The notes under the pieces were generated by a model. That model was not told the origin of the DNA. It was given only the letters and a program-made list of their open reading frames with translations, and did no database searches. A stretch of DNA of 39,591 nucleotides, from assembly GCA_024276815.1 (NCBI GenBank), contig JAJRWM010000100.1, positions 1 through 39,591 of the forward strand, in the 5' to 3' direction. The stretch is from a bacterium. GTDB lineage: Bacteria; JACRDZ01; JAJRWM01. Below, piece by piece: positions 1-9,960 of this stretch. The stretch's first letter is position 1. Each line of letters begins with the position of its first letter. Made by a program: the position numbers and the translations under genes.

Positions 1-12
1 GCGGTAAATACA

Positions 13-139
13 GGGATTATCAACTTTTAAAGTTTTTAGCGCTTGAACGACGCGCACGGCTCGCCTGGAAAGGAGCGCGGGGAAGAAACCTTTTCAGACA
101 AGAGGTTTGCCCCACAAAATTTCCGGGGGGAACTCCAAA
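13..139 (+). repeat. Intergenic repeat element, copy 1: invariant 5' module with a GCTTGAAC box, then a GGGG-stem-loop-CCCC hairpin at 79-113
   Basis: nt 13-73 are 61/61 identical to the reverse complement of 12257-12317. Similarity continues to about 139, with differences concentrated in the hairpin. The copy may extend left of the window. Confidence 0.85.
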
Positions 140-148
140 ATTTTGCCC

Positions 149-178
149 TTGATTTTTCTAATATTTAAATGCTAGTAT
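149..178 (+). promoter_or_regulatory. Candidate sigma70-type promoter upstream of dnaA
   Basis: TTGATT (149-154), 18-nt spacer, TGc-TAGTAT (extended -10, 173-178). By eye only. Confidence 0.3.
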
Positions 179-314
179 GAACCAGTTGGAAAAAGTAGTC
201 GGAGGTGTTTCTGAAAGTCCAACTATTTCCTTTTGTTAATCTTATCGGGCATTTACGAAGATTTTTAAACTCTTTTAGATACCATATTAGACAAACTGAT
301 TCAACCGGCTGGCT

Positions 315-346
315 TTATCCACAACTGTGGATAAGTCTGTGGGTAA
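315..346. promoter_or_regulatory. DnaA-box cluster upstream of dnaA
   Basis: TTATCCACA 315-323, inverted TGTGGATAA 326-334, TGTGGGTAA 338-346 (1 mismatch). Sits 20-50 nt upstream of the dnaA start. Confidence 0.8.
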
Positions 347-366
347 CTTGTTAAAGGATGTTTTGA

Positions 367-1698
367 ATGAACGACCAGATATGGACTTTGACCAAAGACA
401 AACTACGGGGACAAATCAACGAACATATTTATGAAACCTGGATTCAGCCTACCACCTTCTATTCTTATTCTGAAAGCAGTAAAACCTTGGTGGTTTCCGT
501 TCCCAATGAACGTTTTTCCCAATGGCTTACCGAGCGTTACTACGATCAAATTACCGACATAATAGAGAATATCTCCCAAAACAAGATAAAAATTGTTTTT
601 ACTCCCTTAAAGGATGTTGAGAAACCTGACGGTAAACAACTGGACTGGACGGCTAATTACGAATCAAAATCTGATGATTTCATGCTTTCGCCCCGGTATA
701 CCTTTGATCAGTTTGTGGTCGGCAGTTCCAACCGCTTCGCTCACGCTGCCGCCATGAGTGTCGCCGAATCGCCGGCCAACTCCTACAACCCCTTATTTAT
801 CTACGGCGGTGTGGGATTAGGCAAGACCCATCTTTTACAGGCAATCGGCAACAATATTCTCAAAAAACATAATAACTGCAAACTTTACTATCTTTCCATA
901 GAAAAATTCACGACTGATTTTATTAATTCAATACGCTACGCTGACGATCTTTCCTTTAAAAACAAATATCGCAACGTCGATGTGCTGTTAATAGACGATA
1001 TCCAGTTTCTGGCCGGCAAGGAAAGAACCCAGGAAGAATTTTTTCATACCTTCAACGCTTTATATAACGCGCAGCAACAGATTGTTATCTCATCTGACCG
1101 GCCACCAAAAGATATGGACAAGCTTGAGGAAAGGCTAAGATCGCGGTTTGAATGGGGATTGATAACCGATATTCAGGCTCCTGACCTGGAAACCAGAATC
1201 GCCATTCTTCACAAAAAATCAGAATTGGAAAAATTAAGCATTCCCGACGATGTTATTTATTTCATCGCCAACAACATAACGAGCAACATCAGGGAACTGG
1301 AGGGATCGTTAATCAGAATCGTCGCTTTCGCTTCCCTGACCAATCGCGAGGTAAGCGTCGCTCTGGCTAAAGAAATTCTCAAGGATGTCTTGCCGCGCAC
1401 CGAGCAAAAGCCGACCATCAACCTTATCCAGGAAAAAGTAAGTAAGTTTTTTAATCTCTCGGTTCGGGAAATGAAGACCAAAAAGAGAAACCAGTCTATC
1501 GCTTTTCCCAGGCAAATAGCCATGTATCTGGCCCGGCAGTTAACCGATATGTCTCTTCCAGAAATTGGCGAGAATTTCGGCGGTCGCGATCACAGCACTG
1601 TTTTACACGCCTGCGCCAAGATAAAGAAGAAACTGGAAAAAGAAGAGGATTTTATAAAAATTATCAATGACATAAAAAATAGTATCATGTTAAAATGA
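367..1698 (+). CDS. dnaA: Chromosomal replication initiator DnaA
   Basis: 443 aa. Walker A GGVGLGKTHLL, Walker B LLIDDIQF, C-terminal DNA-binding signature FGGRDHSTVLHA. Followed by dnaN and recF. Confidence 0.97.
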   Translation: MNDQIWTLTKDKLRGQINEHIYETWIQPTTFYSYSESSKTLVVSVPNERFSQWLTERYYDQITDIIENISQNKIKIVFTPLKDVEKPDGKQLDWTANYESKSDDFMLSPRYTFDQFVVGSSNRFAHAAAMSVAESPANSYNPLFIYGGVGLGKTHLLQAIGNNILKKHNNCKLYYLSIEKFTTDFINSIRYADDLSFKNKYRNVDVLLIDDIQFLAGKERTQEEFFHTFNALYNAQQQIVISSDRPPKDMDKLEERLRSRFEWGLITDIQAPDLETRIAILHKKSELEKLSIPDDVIYFIANNITSNIRELEGSLIRIVAFASLTNREVSVALAKEILKDVLPRTEQKPTINLIQEKVSKFFNLSVREMKTKKRNQSIAFPRQIAMYLARQLTDMSLPEIGENFGGRDHSTVLHACAKIKKKLEKEEDFIKIINDIKNSIMLK

Positions 1699-1921
1699 TG
1701 TTTAAAAGCTGGGGATAAAAACAGCGTTTTCCGGTTTTTATTTTTTTCCGGGGATAGTGTGGATAACCCAAACAAGTTATCCCAAGCTTTACCAACGTTA
1801 TTTTTTCAATTATGTTGCGTATTTAGATGGTTTATCCAGTTATCAACAGGCATAACTGTTACTGCTACTATCTAATTAACTTAAAATAAGTTTATTTTGT
1901 TATAGTTTGAGGAGAGCCTAG
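1699..1921. other. Candidate oriC segment: DnaA boxes plus an AT-rich unwinding region in the dnaA-dnaN spacer
   Basis: TGTGGATAA 1758-1766 (perfect), TTATCCCAA 1777-1785, TTATCCAGT 1832-1840, TTATCAACA 1840-1848. AT-rich stretch about 1866-1910. A weak hairpin plus T-tract at 1713-1747 may terminate dnaA. Confidence 0.55.
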
Positions 1922-3025
1922 ATGAAAATTGTCTGCCAGAGATCGTTAATTCTCAAAGCTATCAATGATGTTTTGGGGGTAACCAATAAAGATACCCTGC
2001 CGATACTTTCCAATATTCTGCTGGATGGCCGGGCCAGTGGTCTGGAACTGGTTGGCACTGACTTGGAAGTCGGCATTAAAACAGTTTTGCCTGATGTGGT
2101 AAAAGAAATTGGCGCGATCACTGTTTCCGCCCGTAAACTCAGCGATATTATCAGGGAACTGCCGGAAGCGGAACTGCAAATAGTTCTGGATGATAACAAC
2201 AATGTTATTATCTCCTGCCAAAACGCCCAGTTTTGTTTGAATGGCATTAGAAAAGAGGAGTTCCCCCTGTTTCCGGAGTTTTCCGAGGCGGAGTCTTTTG
2301 AGATATCGTCGGAAATTTTAACTGACATTATAAAGAAAACCATCTTTGCCGTAAGTAAGGAAGAAAGCCGGTATACTCTTAACGGAGTTCTTCTTAACGC
2401 TACCGCCGGGAGTTTGACCTTAGTCGCTACCGATGGTCATCGTTTGGCCGTGGCCGGCACAACGTTGGAAAAAGTCTCCTCGGATGATATCAGTATTATC
2501 ATTCCCATCAAAGCCTTGAATGAACTGAGCAAAATTCTATCCGTCGAGGAAAAGTCTTCTGTTCGATTGATGGTTGAAGAAACCCAGGTTATTTTCAAGG
2601 TTGGTTCCACGATAATTGTTTCCAGGTTAATAGAAGGTCCTTTTCCTGATTACGATAGAGTTATTCCTAAAGAGGTCAACCAGAAAATAACTTTGTCTCG
2701 GGATGAACTGACTCATGTTATCCGGCGGGTATCTTTACTGGCGAACCAGAAAACCTGCTCGATAAAGTTTATTCTGAAGCATGATGAGATGGAGATTGTC
2801 GCTAAAAACCCTGAGGCTGGCGAAGCCAAGGAACTGCTGAAGATTAATTATCAGGGTGATTTTATTAAACTTGGTTATAATTACCGTTATCTCCTGGACG
2901 TCCTGAAATGTATCAAGAGCGAGAATATTATTTTTGAAATAACCCAGCCGCTTAATCCCGCGGTAGTCAGACCAGAAAGTGAAATTGAGAATTATCTGTA
3001 CGTGATCATGCCCATGAAAGTCTGA
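1922..3025 (+). CDS. dnaN: DNA polymerase III beta sliding clamp
   Basis: 367 aa, typical length, ATDGHRLAV motif, position between dnaA and recF, GAGGAG RBS upstream. Confidence 0.95.
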   Translation: MKIVCQRSLILKAINDVLGVTNKDTLPILSNILLDGRASGLELVGTDLEVGIKTVLPDVVKEIGAITVSARKLSDIIRELPEAELQIVLDDNNNVIISCQNAQFCLNGIRKEEFPLFPEFSEAESFEISSEILTDIIKKTIFAVSKEESRYTLNGVLLNATAGSLTLVATDGHRLAVAGTTLEKVSSDDISIIIPIKALNELSKILSVEEKSSVRLMVEETQVIFKVGSTIIVSRLIEGPFPDYDRVIPKEVNQKITLSRDELTHVIRRVSLLANQKTCSIKFILKHDEMEIVAKNPEAGEAKELLKINYQGDFIKLGYNYRYLLDVLKCIKSENIIFEITQPLNPAVVRPESEIENYLYVIMPMKV

Positions 3026-3154
3026 TCATACGAAGAAAACAGCGCTTTCACAACCCTTCTCATCCCGATTCTGATAAAATTTAAAAACTGAAATTAAAAC
3101 TGATAAGTTAAAATAGCAACGACCACCTTACCCGTCAGACCAGGGAAAATAATA

Positions 3155-4294
3155 TTGTCGATAAATAGTTTAACCCTTAATAAATTCAGGAACTTTGATA
3201 AAGAAACACTCTCCTTTGAAAGCCGCTATGTTTTTTTTCTGGGCCAAAACGCCCAGGGGAAAACCAACCTCCTGGAAGCTATTTATTATTTAACCTGCGC
3301 CAAGTCGTTCAGGACGTCCAGGATAAGCAATTTGGTTAATTTTAACAGCGATTATTTTTATCTGAAGGGAATTTCGCTAAAAAATAACCTGGCCGATGTT
3401 TTAGAGGTTTCATTTAAGAACGGTGAAGGAAGAAAACATAAATATAATGGCGTGCTTCTGAAAAAAGGCGAGTATCCCTGGGGCATAATTCCCACCATCA
3501 GCTACAGCAGAAAAGATTTGAAATTAAGCGAGGAAGAGGCTAGTTTGCGCCGCAAGTTTATCGACCAGGAATTGTCTTTTCTTTCTAAAACCTATTTTTA
3601 TCATCTTAAGAGATATAATCGCGCGCTGAAGCAACGGAACGCGGCTTTGAAAAATAAACATTCCGGAGAGTCGGAGGTCAGGCTCTGGGATGAGGAACTA
3701 GTTGTTCACGGCTTGTATATTATAAAAAAAAGAAGAGAATTTATTGATACGCTTAACATTCTCTCCCGGTTAGCCTATCGCCGGTTAACCGGGAGCTCTG
3801 AAGAACTTAAAATAGGGTTTCGCTGTCAGCTCAACGATCTTAAGGAAAAAGATCCTGAGTCCGCTTATCGCGCTCGTTTAACAAGTGTTTACCAGCGGGA
3901 AAGGAAACTCGGTTACACCCTGTTCGGGCCTCATAAAGATGATCTGGAAATTGTTATTAATGATAATGATATCAGGCAGTTTGGCTCAAGCGGTCAACAT
4001 AAAAGCGTTGTGCTCTCAATCAAGTTGGCCTTGATCGAGATTGTGAAAAAAGAGAGCGGCGTTTACCCGCTTTTGTTATTGGATGAGGTTTTTAGCGAAC
4101 TGGATGAAAAGCGCATCGTTTCGTTAGTACAGATAATCAAGCGGAAAAAGATACAGGTGTTTTTCAGCGGCGATCATCTGCCCGCCTGTTTGAGTAAATT
4201 TTTTACTGATAACACCACCTTTTTTCTTGTTTCCGATAATCAGGTTAAATTACAGGAACGACCGCTTGCGGTCAGACCTGACCTTGCTTCATGA
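3155..4294 (+). CDS. recF: DNA replication/repair protein RecF
   Basis: 379 aa. Walker [16 protein letters not shown], Walker [15 protein letters not shown]-like signature [12 protein letters not shown] start in the ORF track. Confidence 0.9.
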   Translation: MSINSLTLNKFRNFDKETLSFESRYVFFLGQNAQGKTNLLEAIYYLTCAKSFRTSRISNLVNFNSDYFYLKGISLKNNLADVLEVSFKNGEGRKHKYNGVLLKKGEYPWGIIPTISYSRKDLKLSEEEASLRRKFIDQELSFLSKTYFYHLKRYNRALKQRNAALKNKHSGESEVRLWDEELVVHGLYIIKKRREFIDTLNILSRLAYRRLTGSSEELKIGFRCQLNDLKEKDPESAYRARLTSVYQRERKLGYTLFGPHKDDLEIVINDNDIRQFGSSGQHKSVVLSIKLALIEIVKKESGVYPLLLLDEVFSELDEKRIVSLVQIIKRKKIQVFFSGDHLPACLSKFFTDNTTFFLVSDNQVKLQERPLAVRPDLAS

Positions 4295-7180
4295 CCGCTT
4301 TTTTCCCGTTACCTCATAACGGGGCAGAATATTTATCCAGCGTAGCCGCAGTGAATTGGTTACTACATTTATCGAACTGAAAGCCATGGCTGCTTCAGCG
4401 ATTACCGGGTGAAGCAGCCCGATAATCGCCAGGGGTATCGCGACCACATTATAGAAAAAGGCCCAAAACAGGTTCTGGCGTATTTTGCCAAAGATGGCCC
4501 GGGAAAGTTTGATAGCGCTGATCACGCTGCCGATATTCCCTCGCACCAGTGTAATGTCAGCCGCTTCGATAGCGATATCAGTGCCACTACCGATTGCCAG
4601 CCCCACATCAGCCTGGGAAAGCGCCGGCGCGTCATTAATGCCGTCTCCCACCATCGCTACCCGGCCGCGTTTATCCTGCAATTTTTTTATTTCGTTAAGC
4701 TTTTGATCCGGCAACACCTCCGCGACCACCTGGTCGATTCCCAGTTGACCGGCGATCGCCTCGGCGGTGCGGATATTATCCCCGGTCAGCATGACGGAAT
4801 TAATGCCCATCTTTTTCAGCTCGGCGATGGCCGGAACGGAATCATCCTTCAAACGATCGGCAATTGCCAGGAAACCGGCGAGCCGGCCATTTTTCACCAC
4901 GGCAATAACTGTTTTCGCCGCCGATTCCAACTCGGCGACGCTGACCTGCCATTCCGCCAAATTCAACCCCAACTCCTTTACGGCTGAAATGGAGCCGACA
5001 AAAACACTTTCGTAGTTTATTTTTCCCTTAATACCTTTCCCCGGCAAAGCCTCAAAGCCTTGCGGTTGAACCAGGGTTAAATTATGCCGCAGGGCCTCGT
5101 CTTTAACCGCAGAACCCAAGGGATGCTCTGAGCCTTGTTCCAGGCTGGCGGCCCAGGTCAGCAACTCAAAAGCCGTTACGCCGGAAACCAGTTTCAGGTC
5201 AGTAACCACCGGTTTACCGATGGTTAAGGTGCCGGTTTTATCAAAAACAACAGTCGTGATGTCTTTCAGAATTTCAATGGCCTCGCCTCTCCTGATCAGC
5301 ACTCCGGCGGAAGCGCCTTTACCGCTTCCCACCATTAAAGCTGTTGGGGTCGCTAATCCTAAAGCGCAGGGACAGGCGATCACCAGCACGGCGACCGAAG
5401 CTAAAACAGCGGCGGAAATACCCTGCAAGTTGGGAGTTATCCAAGGCGCTAAGGAAGCGACGCCGGCCAGAAGTTCCTGCATGACTTGAGGCGCCCAGAT
5501 CCAGGCAAAAAAAGTCGCCAACGCGATCACCAGGATAACCGGCACAAAGTAGGCGACGACCCGATCAGCCAGATCCTGGATCGGCACCTTGGAACTCTGG
5601 CATTCTTCCACTAATTTCGCCACTTGCGACAAGAAAGTGTCCGGTCCGATTTTGGTCGCTTCTACTTTAAGAAGTCCCTGTTGATTGATGGTGGCGCCGA
5701 CGACCTGGTCGCCGGGCTTCTTCTTCACGAGTTGGGATTCACCGGTAACCATTGATTCATTGATAGAGCTTTCACCCTCCAGAATCAGGCCGTCGGTAGG
5801 TATTTTCTCTCCCGGGCGAACCACCATAACATCGTGTATTTTAACCGCTTCAATCGGCACTTCTTTTTCAACGCCATCAACCAGGACATGAGCTGTTTTA
5901 CTTCCCAACTCCATCAGTTTCCTGATCGCCTGGGAAGTTTTTCCGCGGGCCTGGTTTTCCAGATAGCGACCGGTTAAATAGATCGCCATAATCATGGCCG
6001 CGACGCCGCTGAAGTTGGCGATTCGGGTAAAGATCGAGAACAGCCCGGTAAAAAAGGCCGTCAGCGTACCCAGGGCCGTCAGCACTTCCATGTTGGCCGT
6101 ACCCAGGCTTACCGCTTTAACCGCTCCCTTCAAAGTTGCCCAGCCGCTGATGAAAATCACCGGAAAAGCCAAAACGACCATCCCGATATTAAACGCCTGA
6201 TGATTTGGCCAGGCAACGCCCCAGATCATTTCCGGCAGCATCCACAAAATTATCGGCACAGTGAACAGCCAGGCGTAGAACATCCTTTTTTTGCTGGCGC
6301 TGATGAATTTAGCTTCTTCTTCATCTTCGGCTTCTGAATCCTGGCCGGGCAGGGCGGCATGGTAGCCAACGCCAATAACCGCGTCAATTAATTTTTCGGG
6401 AGTCGTGTAATCAGCCGCGTAGGAAACATAGGCTTTTTCGTTGGCAAAATTAACCTTGGCCTCAAGAACTCCGGGAGTTTTCAATAAAGCTTTTTCAACC
6501 GTCTGAACACAGGAAGCGCAACTCATCTCATAAACATTCAAGGTGATCCTGGTAATTTTATCGCTGATGATCTTGGTGGGAGAGCTGAACTCCTTTTCCT
6601 GTTTGGGGTTGAGGTATTTCTCCGGATTGGCTTTGAACTTTTCCCGGCATTTGGGATTGCAGAAGTAATAGGTCAGACCTTGATAATCGTACTGACCGGC
6701 GGCGGTGTCAGGACTGACCACCATTAAACATACCGGATCGAAAATTTCCTGAGAGGAGGCAAACTTTTCCGTGTTTTCCTTTTTCAGGTATTTCTCCGGA
6801 TTGCTTTTAAACTTTTCCCGGCATTTGACATTACAGAAATAATAGGTATCACCTTTAAAGGAGTATTCGCCCGCGGCGGTCTTCGGGTCCACCTCCATGT
6901 GACAGACCGGGTCAACCGTCCTGGTTTCAGGCGTCCGCAAAAGCTTTTTAAGCGAAGCCCGGTTTTCAGAAAAGCCCAGAAAAACCTGATCGTTGATAAC
7001 AATGGTCGGAGTCGCCAGTCTTTGATATTTTTCAATAAGCTCTTGTTTGAAAACTTCATTTTCCACCGGTTTTTCCGTAAAATCAACCCTGTTATCAGTC
7101 AGGAATTTCTTGGCGGCCTGACAATCCGCGCAGGTGTTGGCCGTGTAGATTATAACCTTTTCTGAAAACATTAAGTCCAC
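4289..7180 (-). CDS. copA: Copper-translocating P1B-type ATPase with a glutaredoxin-like + 2x YHS/TRASH + HMA N-terminus
   Basis: 963 aa. CPC transmembrane metal site ([11 protein letters not shown]), DKTGTLT phosphorylation site, GDGINDAP hinge, HMA MSCASCV. Two DPVC..YYFCN.KCREKF YHS-type modules. N-terminal thioredoxin-fold segment with CADC. Confidence 0.9.
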   Translation of the reverse strand: MDLMFSEKVIIYTANTCADCQAAKKFLTDNRVDFTEKPVENEVFKQELIEKYQRLATPTIVINDQVFLGFSENRASLKKLLRTPETRTVDPVCHMEVDPKTAAGEYSFKGDTYYFCNVKCREKFKSNPEKYLKKENTEKFASSQEIFDPVCLMVVSPDTAAGQYDYQGLTYYFCNPKCREKFKANPEKYLNPKQEKEFSSPTKIISDKITRITLNVYEMSCASCVQTVEKALLKTPGVLEAKVNFANEKAYVSYAADYTTPEKLIDAVIGVGYHAALPGQDSEAEDEEEAKFISASKKRMFYAWLFTVPIILWMLPEMIWGVAWPNHQAFNIGMVVLAFPVIFISGWATLKGAVKAVSLGTANMEVLTALGTLTAFFTGLFSIFTRIANFSGVAAMIMAIYLTGRYLENQARGKTSQAIRKLMELGSKTAHVLVDGVEKEVPIEAVKIHDVMVVRPGEKIPTDGLILEGESSINESMVTGESQLVKKKPGDQVVGATINQQGLLKVEATKIGPDTFLSQVAKLVEECQSSKVPIQDLADRVVAYFVPVILVIALATFFAWIWAPQVMQELLAGVASLAPWITPNLQGISAAVLASVAVLVIACPCALGLATPTALMVGSGKGASAGVLIRRGEAIEILKDITTVVFDKTGTLTIGKPVVTDLKLVSGVTAFELLTWAASLEQGSEHPLGSAVKDEALRHNLTLVQPQGFEALPGKGIKGKINYESVFVGSISAVKELGLNLAEWQVSVAELESAAKTVIAVVKNGRLAGFLAIADRLKDDSVPAIAELKKMGINSVMLTGDNIRTAEAIAGQLGIDQVVAEVLPDQKLNEIKKLQDKRGRVAMVGDGINDAPALSQADVGLAIGSGTDIAIEAADITLVRGNIGSVISAIKLSRAIFGKIRQNLFWAFFYNVVAIPLAIIGLLHPVIAEAAMAFSSINVVTNSLRLRWINILPRYEVTGKKRS

Positions 7181-7257
7181 CTTCGTTCGCTGTTGTCATC
7201 AAGCGCTTTATCGGGTTGGGAAGCTCTACAGCAAGAGCCATCCCCGGCCAAACCGCC

Positions 7258-7488
7258 CTAGTTATCCCCCATCATCATGCCCCTTTTACCGGGCATCGTA
7301 TTGTTATTGCCGCTTTTCTTTTTTCTCATACCTTTAAAATACCCCATGAAAGGATGGTTTTGCTTTTCGTTCTGAACGCTGCACTGGCAATTTTCGTCAA
7401 CAATGTCGCTCTGCTCTTCGGTCAGCAAAGCCCTTACCGCGAGATTAGTCGTAACACAGTCCTGGTAGATATCCGTGACCGCGCCCAT
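7258..7488 (-). CDS. C-terminal portion of a split CpxP/Spy/ZraP-like (LTXXQ) periplasmic protein with a Met-rich tail
   Basis: Contains LLTEEQ (LTXXQ motif) and the tail TMPGKRGMMMGDN. Its frame is open upstream through the A8 tract, where it joins the 7488-7907 ORF by a -1 shift. Confidence 0.6.
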   Translation of the reverse strand: MGAVTDIYQDCVTTNLAVRALLTEEQSDIVDENCQCSVQNEKQNHPFMGYFKGMRKKKSGNNNTMPGKRGMMMGDN

Positions 7489-7907
7489 TATCTCATAGAT
7501 ATTGTTGGAAATTTTTTTTGATCGGCGCCTGGATAAGCCAACAAGGTTTCCAGTTCAGCGGCGGCTTCCAGAGCCGCGGCGTTTTTACGGATTACCACTT
7601 TTTCATGATCCAGGTTCAGTTGAACTAATTTCCCTATTTGCTCATCACTAAAGTCCAATTTGGGCACAGCCTGCTCCAGTCCCAGCAAATCAATGATTTC
7701 CCTGTGTTTCTCATGAGCGTTGGCGGCCTTGTAAACCATGGTCCTTAAATATCTGACTGTCGCCATCAAGGTGTGCTGCCCGGCAAGATTTCTGGGCAGA
7801 CCGGCCCTGGAATCGTGCAAAGCCAACGGCGAGGCGCTAAAGCTTAGGGATGGAACAGCCAGCATTACCGCCAAAACGCTGGCAAACAAGATTTTGTACC
7901 GCTTCAT
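7488..7907 (-). CDS. N-terminal portion of the split CpxP/Spy/ZraP-like periplasmic protein
   Basis: Signal peptide MKRYKILFASVLAVMLAVPSLSFSA, first LTXXQ-like motif (DFSDEQ), AAGGAGGG RBS. Directly upstream of copA on the same strand. Confidence 0.7.
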   Translation of the reverse strand: MKRYKILFASVLAVMLAVPSLSFSASPLALHDSRAGLPRNLAGQHTLMATVRYLRTMVYKAANAHEKHREIIDLLGLEQAVPKLDFSDEQIGKLVQLNLDHEKVVIRKNAAALEAAAELETLLAYPGADQKKFPTISMR

Positions 7908-8070
7908 TGAAAACCCTCCTTTTAAATTACATGTATCCCGCCCGAGTTTGGGTAAAACAGCTCTTTCCAGTGGAGTTTAATGGTTTGATATTAGGACAGG
8001 GAAAAGGATTCCGTCTTTGATTTTAATTTATCTTGAATGAGGGAAAAGTTTTTTTTAGTCCGCCAGGAAA

Positions 8071-9870
8071 TTAATCCGTTTTCAAAACCGCCATAAAAGC
8101 TTCCTGGGGGATGCGCACATTACCAACCTGTTTCATGTGTTTCTTGCCTTTCTTCTGCTTTTCCAGGAGTTTGCGTTTCCGGGTAATGTCACCGCCGTAG
8201 CATTTCGCGGTAACGTCTTTCCGAAGGGCGCTGATGCTTTCCCGGGCGATTATTTTACCCCCGATCGCGGCCTGGATAGCGATTTGAAACAACTGCCGGT
8301 TGATCGTCTTGCGCAATCTTGCCCCCAGGTTGCGGCCCCGGCTGGCGGCGCTTTCCTGGTGGCAGATAAAGCTCAGGGCGTCAATCCGTTCGCCGTTGAT
8401 TAAAATATCGACCTTGATCATCTTGTCCTCCCGGTAGCCGATATGTTCATAGTCCATACTGGCATAGCCCCGGCTGACCGATTTTAAACGGTCATAAAAG
8501 TCGAGAACAATTTCATTCAGCGGCATCTCAAAGGTCAACATGGCCTGGGTCTCATCCAAATACTCAATGCCTTTGTAGTCTCCCCGCCGATCCATGCCCA
8601 GCTTCATGACCGCGCCCACAAATTGGGCCGGCGTGATAACCGTCAGGCGGATCCGCGGTTCGGCGATGGTCAAAATTTCCGTTGTGGGCGGCAGGTTTGA
8701 GGGATTTTCAACGTAGAGAGTTTTGCCCTTGGTCGTTTTCACTTCATAAATTACGTTGGGAGCCGTGGTCACGAGGTCCAGGTTAAATTCCCGCTCCAGC
8801 CGTTCCTGGACAATTTCCATGTGAAGCAGGCCCAGGAAACCGCAACGGTAGCCAAAACCGAGAGCCGGCGAGTTCTCCGGTTCGTAGTGAAAAGACGCGT
8901 CGTTTAATTTAAGCTTGTCAAGAGCTTCCTGCAACAGTTCATACTCACTGCTCTCGGTCGGGTACAGACCGCAGAAAACCATGGGATGGATTTCCTTGTA
9001 ACCGGCCAAAGGCTTGGTACAGGGGTTGCCGGCCACGGTGATCGTGTCTCCCATCACCACGTCCCTGATGGTCTTGATATTGCCGACAAAATAGCCCACT
9101 TCACCCGGCCCCAGTGCGTCTGTCGAGTTCATGCGTCCCGGCGTAAAAACGCCCAGGTCGCGGACCTCGTAGTCAGACTGACGGCCCATCATGCGGACAA
9201 TCATTCCCTTTTTGATCTCGCCCTGCATCACCCGGAAATAAACGATGACTCCCCGATAGGTATCGTATACGGAGTCAAACACCAACGCCTGCAACTGGTT
9301 ATCGGTGTCGCCCGGGGGAGGGGGGATTCTGGTGATGATGTTTTCGACCAAATCCTTGATACCGGTCCCGTCCTTGGCGCTGCACAGCAAAATCTCCTCC
9401 GGCAAAACGCCCAGGATGTGTTCCAGTTGATGAGTAACTTTTGGAATATCGGCGTTGGGTAAATCTATTTTATTAATTACCGGGATAATCTCCAGATCAT
9501 GCTCCAAAGCCAGGTAAGTGTTGGCCAGCGTCTGGGCTTCAACCCCCTGGGCCGCGTCAATAATTAACAACACGCCTTCACAGGCGGTCAGGCTACGGGA
9601 GACTTCGTAGGAGAAATCGACATGTCCGGGAGTGTCAATCAGGTTGAAAACGTATTCTTCCCCATCTTCAGCCCGGTAGTCAATCCGCACGGCGGAGGCC
9701 TTGATGGTTATCCCCCGCTCCCGTTCCAGTTCCATGCTGTCCAGTATCTGGGCTTTCAGTTCCCGGGACGAGATAGCGCCGGTAAACTCCAGGATACGGT
9801 CAGCCAGAGTGGATTTACCGTGATCGATATGAGCGATAATGGAAAAATTTCTTATTTTTTGTTTATCCAT
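8071..9870 (-). CDS. lepA: Elongation factor 4 (LepA)
   Basis: G motifs [22 protein letters not shown], and a full LepA-type C-terminus. The ORF track starts at 9945, but conserved alignment begins at [21 protein letters not shown] (ATG 9870). Confidence 0.95.
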   Translation of the reverse strand: MDKQKIRNFSIIAHIDHGKSTLADRILEFTGAISSRELKAQILDSMELERERGITIKASAVRIDYRAEDGEEYVFNLIDTPGHVDFSYEVSRSLTACEGVLLIIDAAQGVEAQTLANTYLALEHDLEIIPVINKIDLPNADIPKVTHQLEHILGVLPEEILLCSAKDGTGIKDLVENIITRIPPPPGDTDNQLQALVFDSVYDTYRGVIVYFRVMQGEIKKGMIVRMMGRQSDYEVRDLGVFTPGRMNSTDALGPGEVGYFVGNIKTIRDVVMGDTITVAGNPCTKPLAGYKEIHPMVFCGLYPTESSEYELLQEALDKLKLNDASFHYEPENSPALGFGYRCGFLGLLHMEIVQERLEREFNLDLVTTAPNVIYEVKTTKGKTLYVENPSNLPPTTEILTIAEPRIRLTVITPAQFVGAVMKLGMDRRGDYKGIEYLDETQAMLTFEMPLNEIVLDFYDRLKSVSRGYASMDYEHIGYREDKMIKVDILINGERIDALSFICHQESAASRGRNLGARLRKTINRQLFQIAIQAAIGGKIIARESISALRKDVTAKCYGGDITRKRKLLEKQKKGKKHMKQVGNVRIPQEAFMAVLKTD

Positions 9871-9960
9871 AATAATCGTTATATTATAGCGGAAATCCCG
9901 CGATTTTAATACCTGAAAAGGACCGAACCCCAGGGCAACAGGCAAACTCCAAATAGGACA

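Noticed and set aside
13-139. The repeat as an integron attC site, or as a sigma54 promoter
   Set aside because: No RYYYAAC/GTTRRRY core pair fits (GCTTGAAC has an extra base and there is no matching R' site), and no integrase is nearby. For sigma54, the GG and GC in CTGGAAAGGAGCGC are 8 nt apart, not the required 10.
4409-4987. 192-aa plus-strand ORF, with smaller ORFs inside 4.4-7.2 kb
   Set aside because: They are antisense to the P1B ATPase, which carries all its catalytic motifs on the minus strand.
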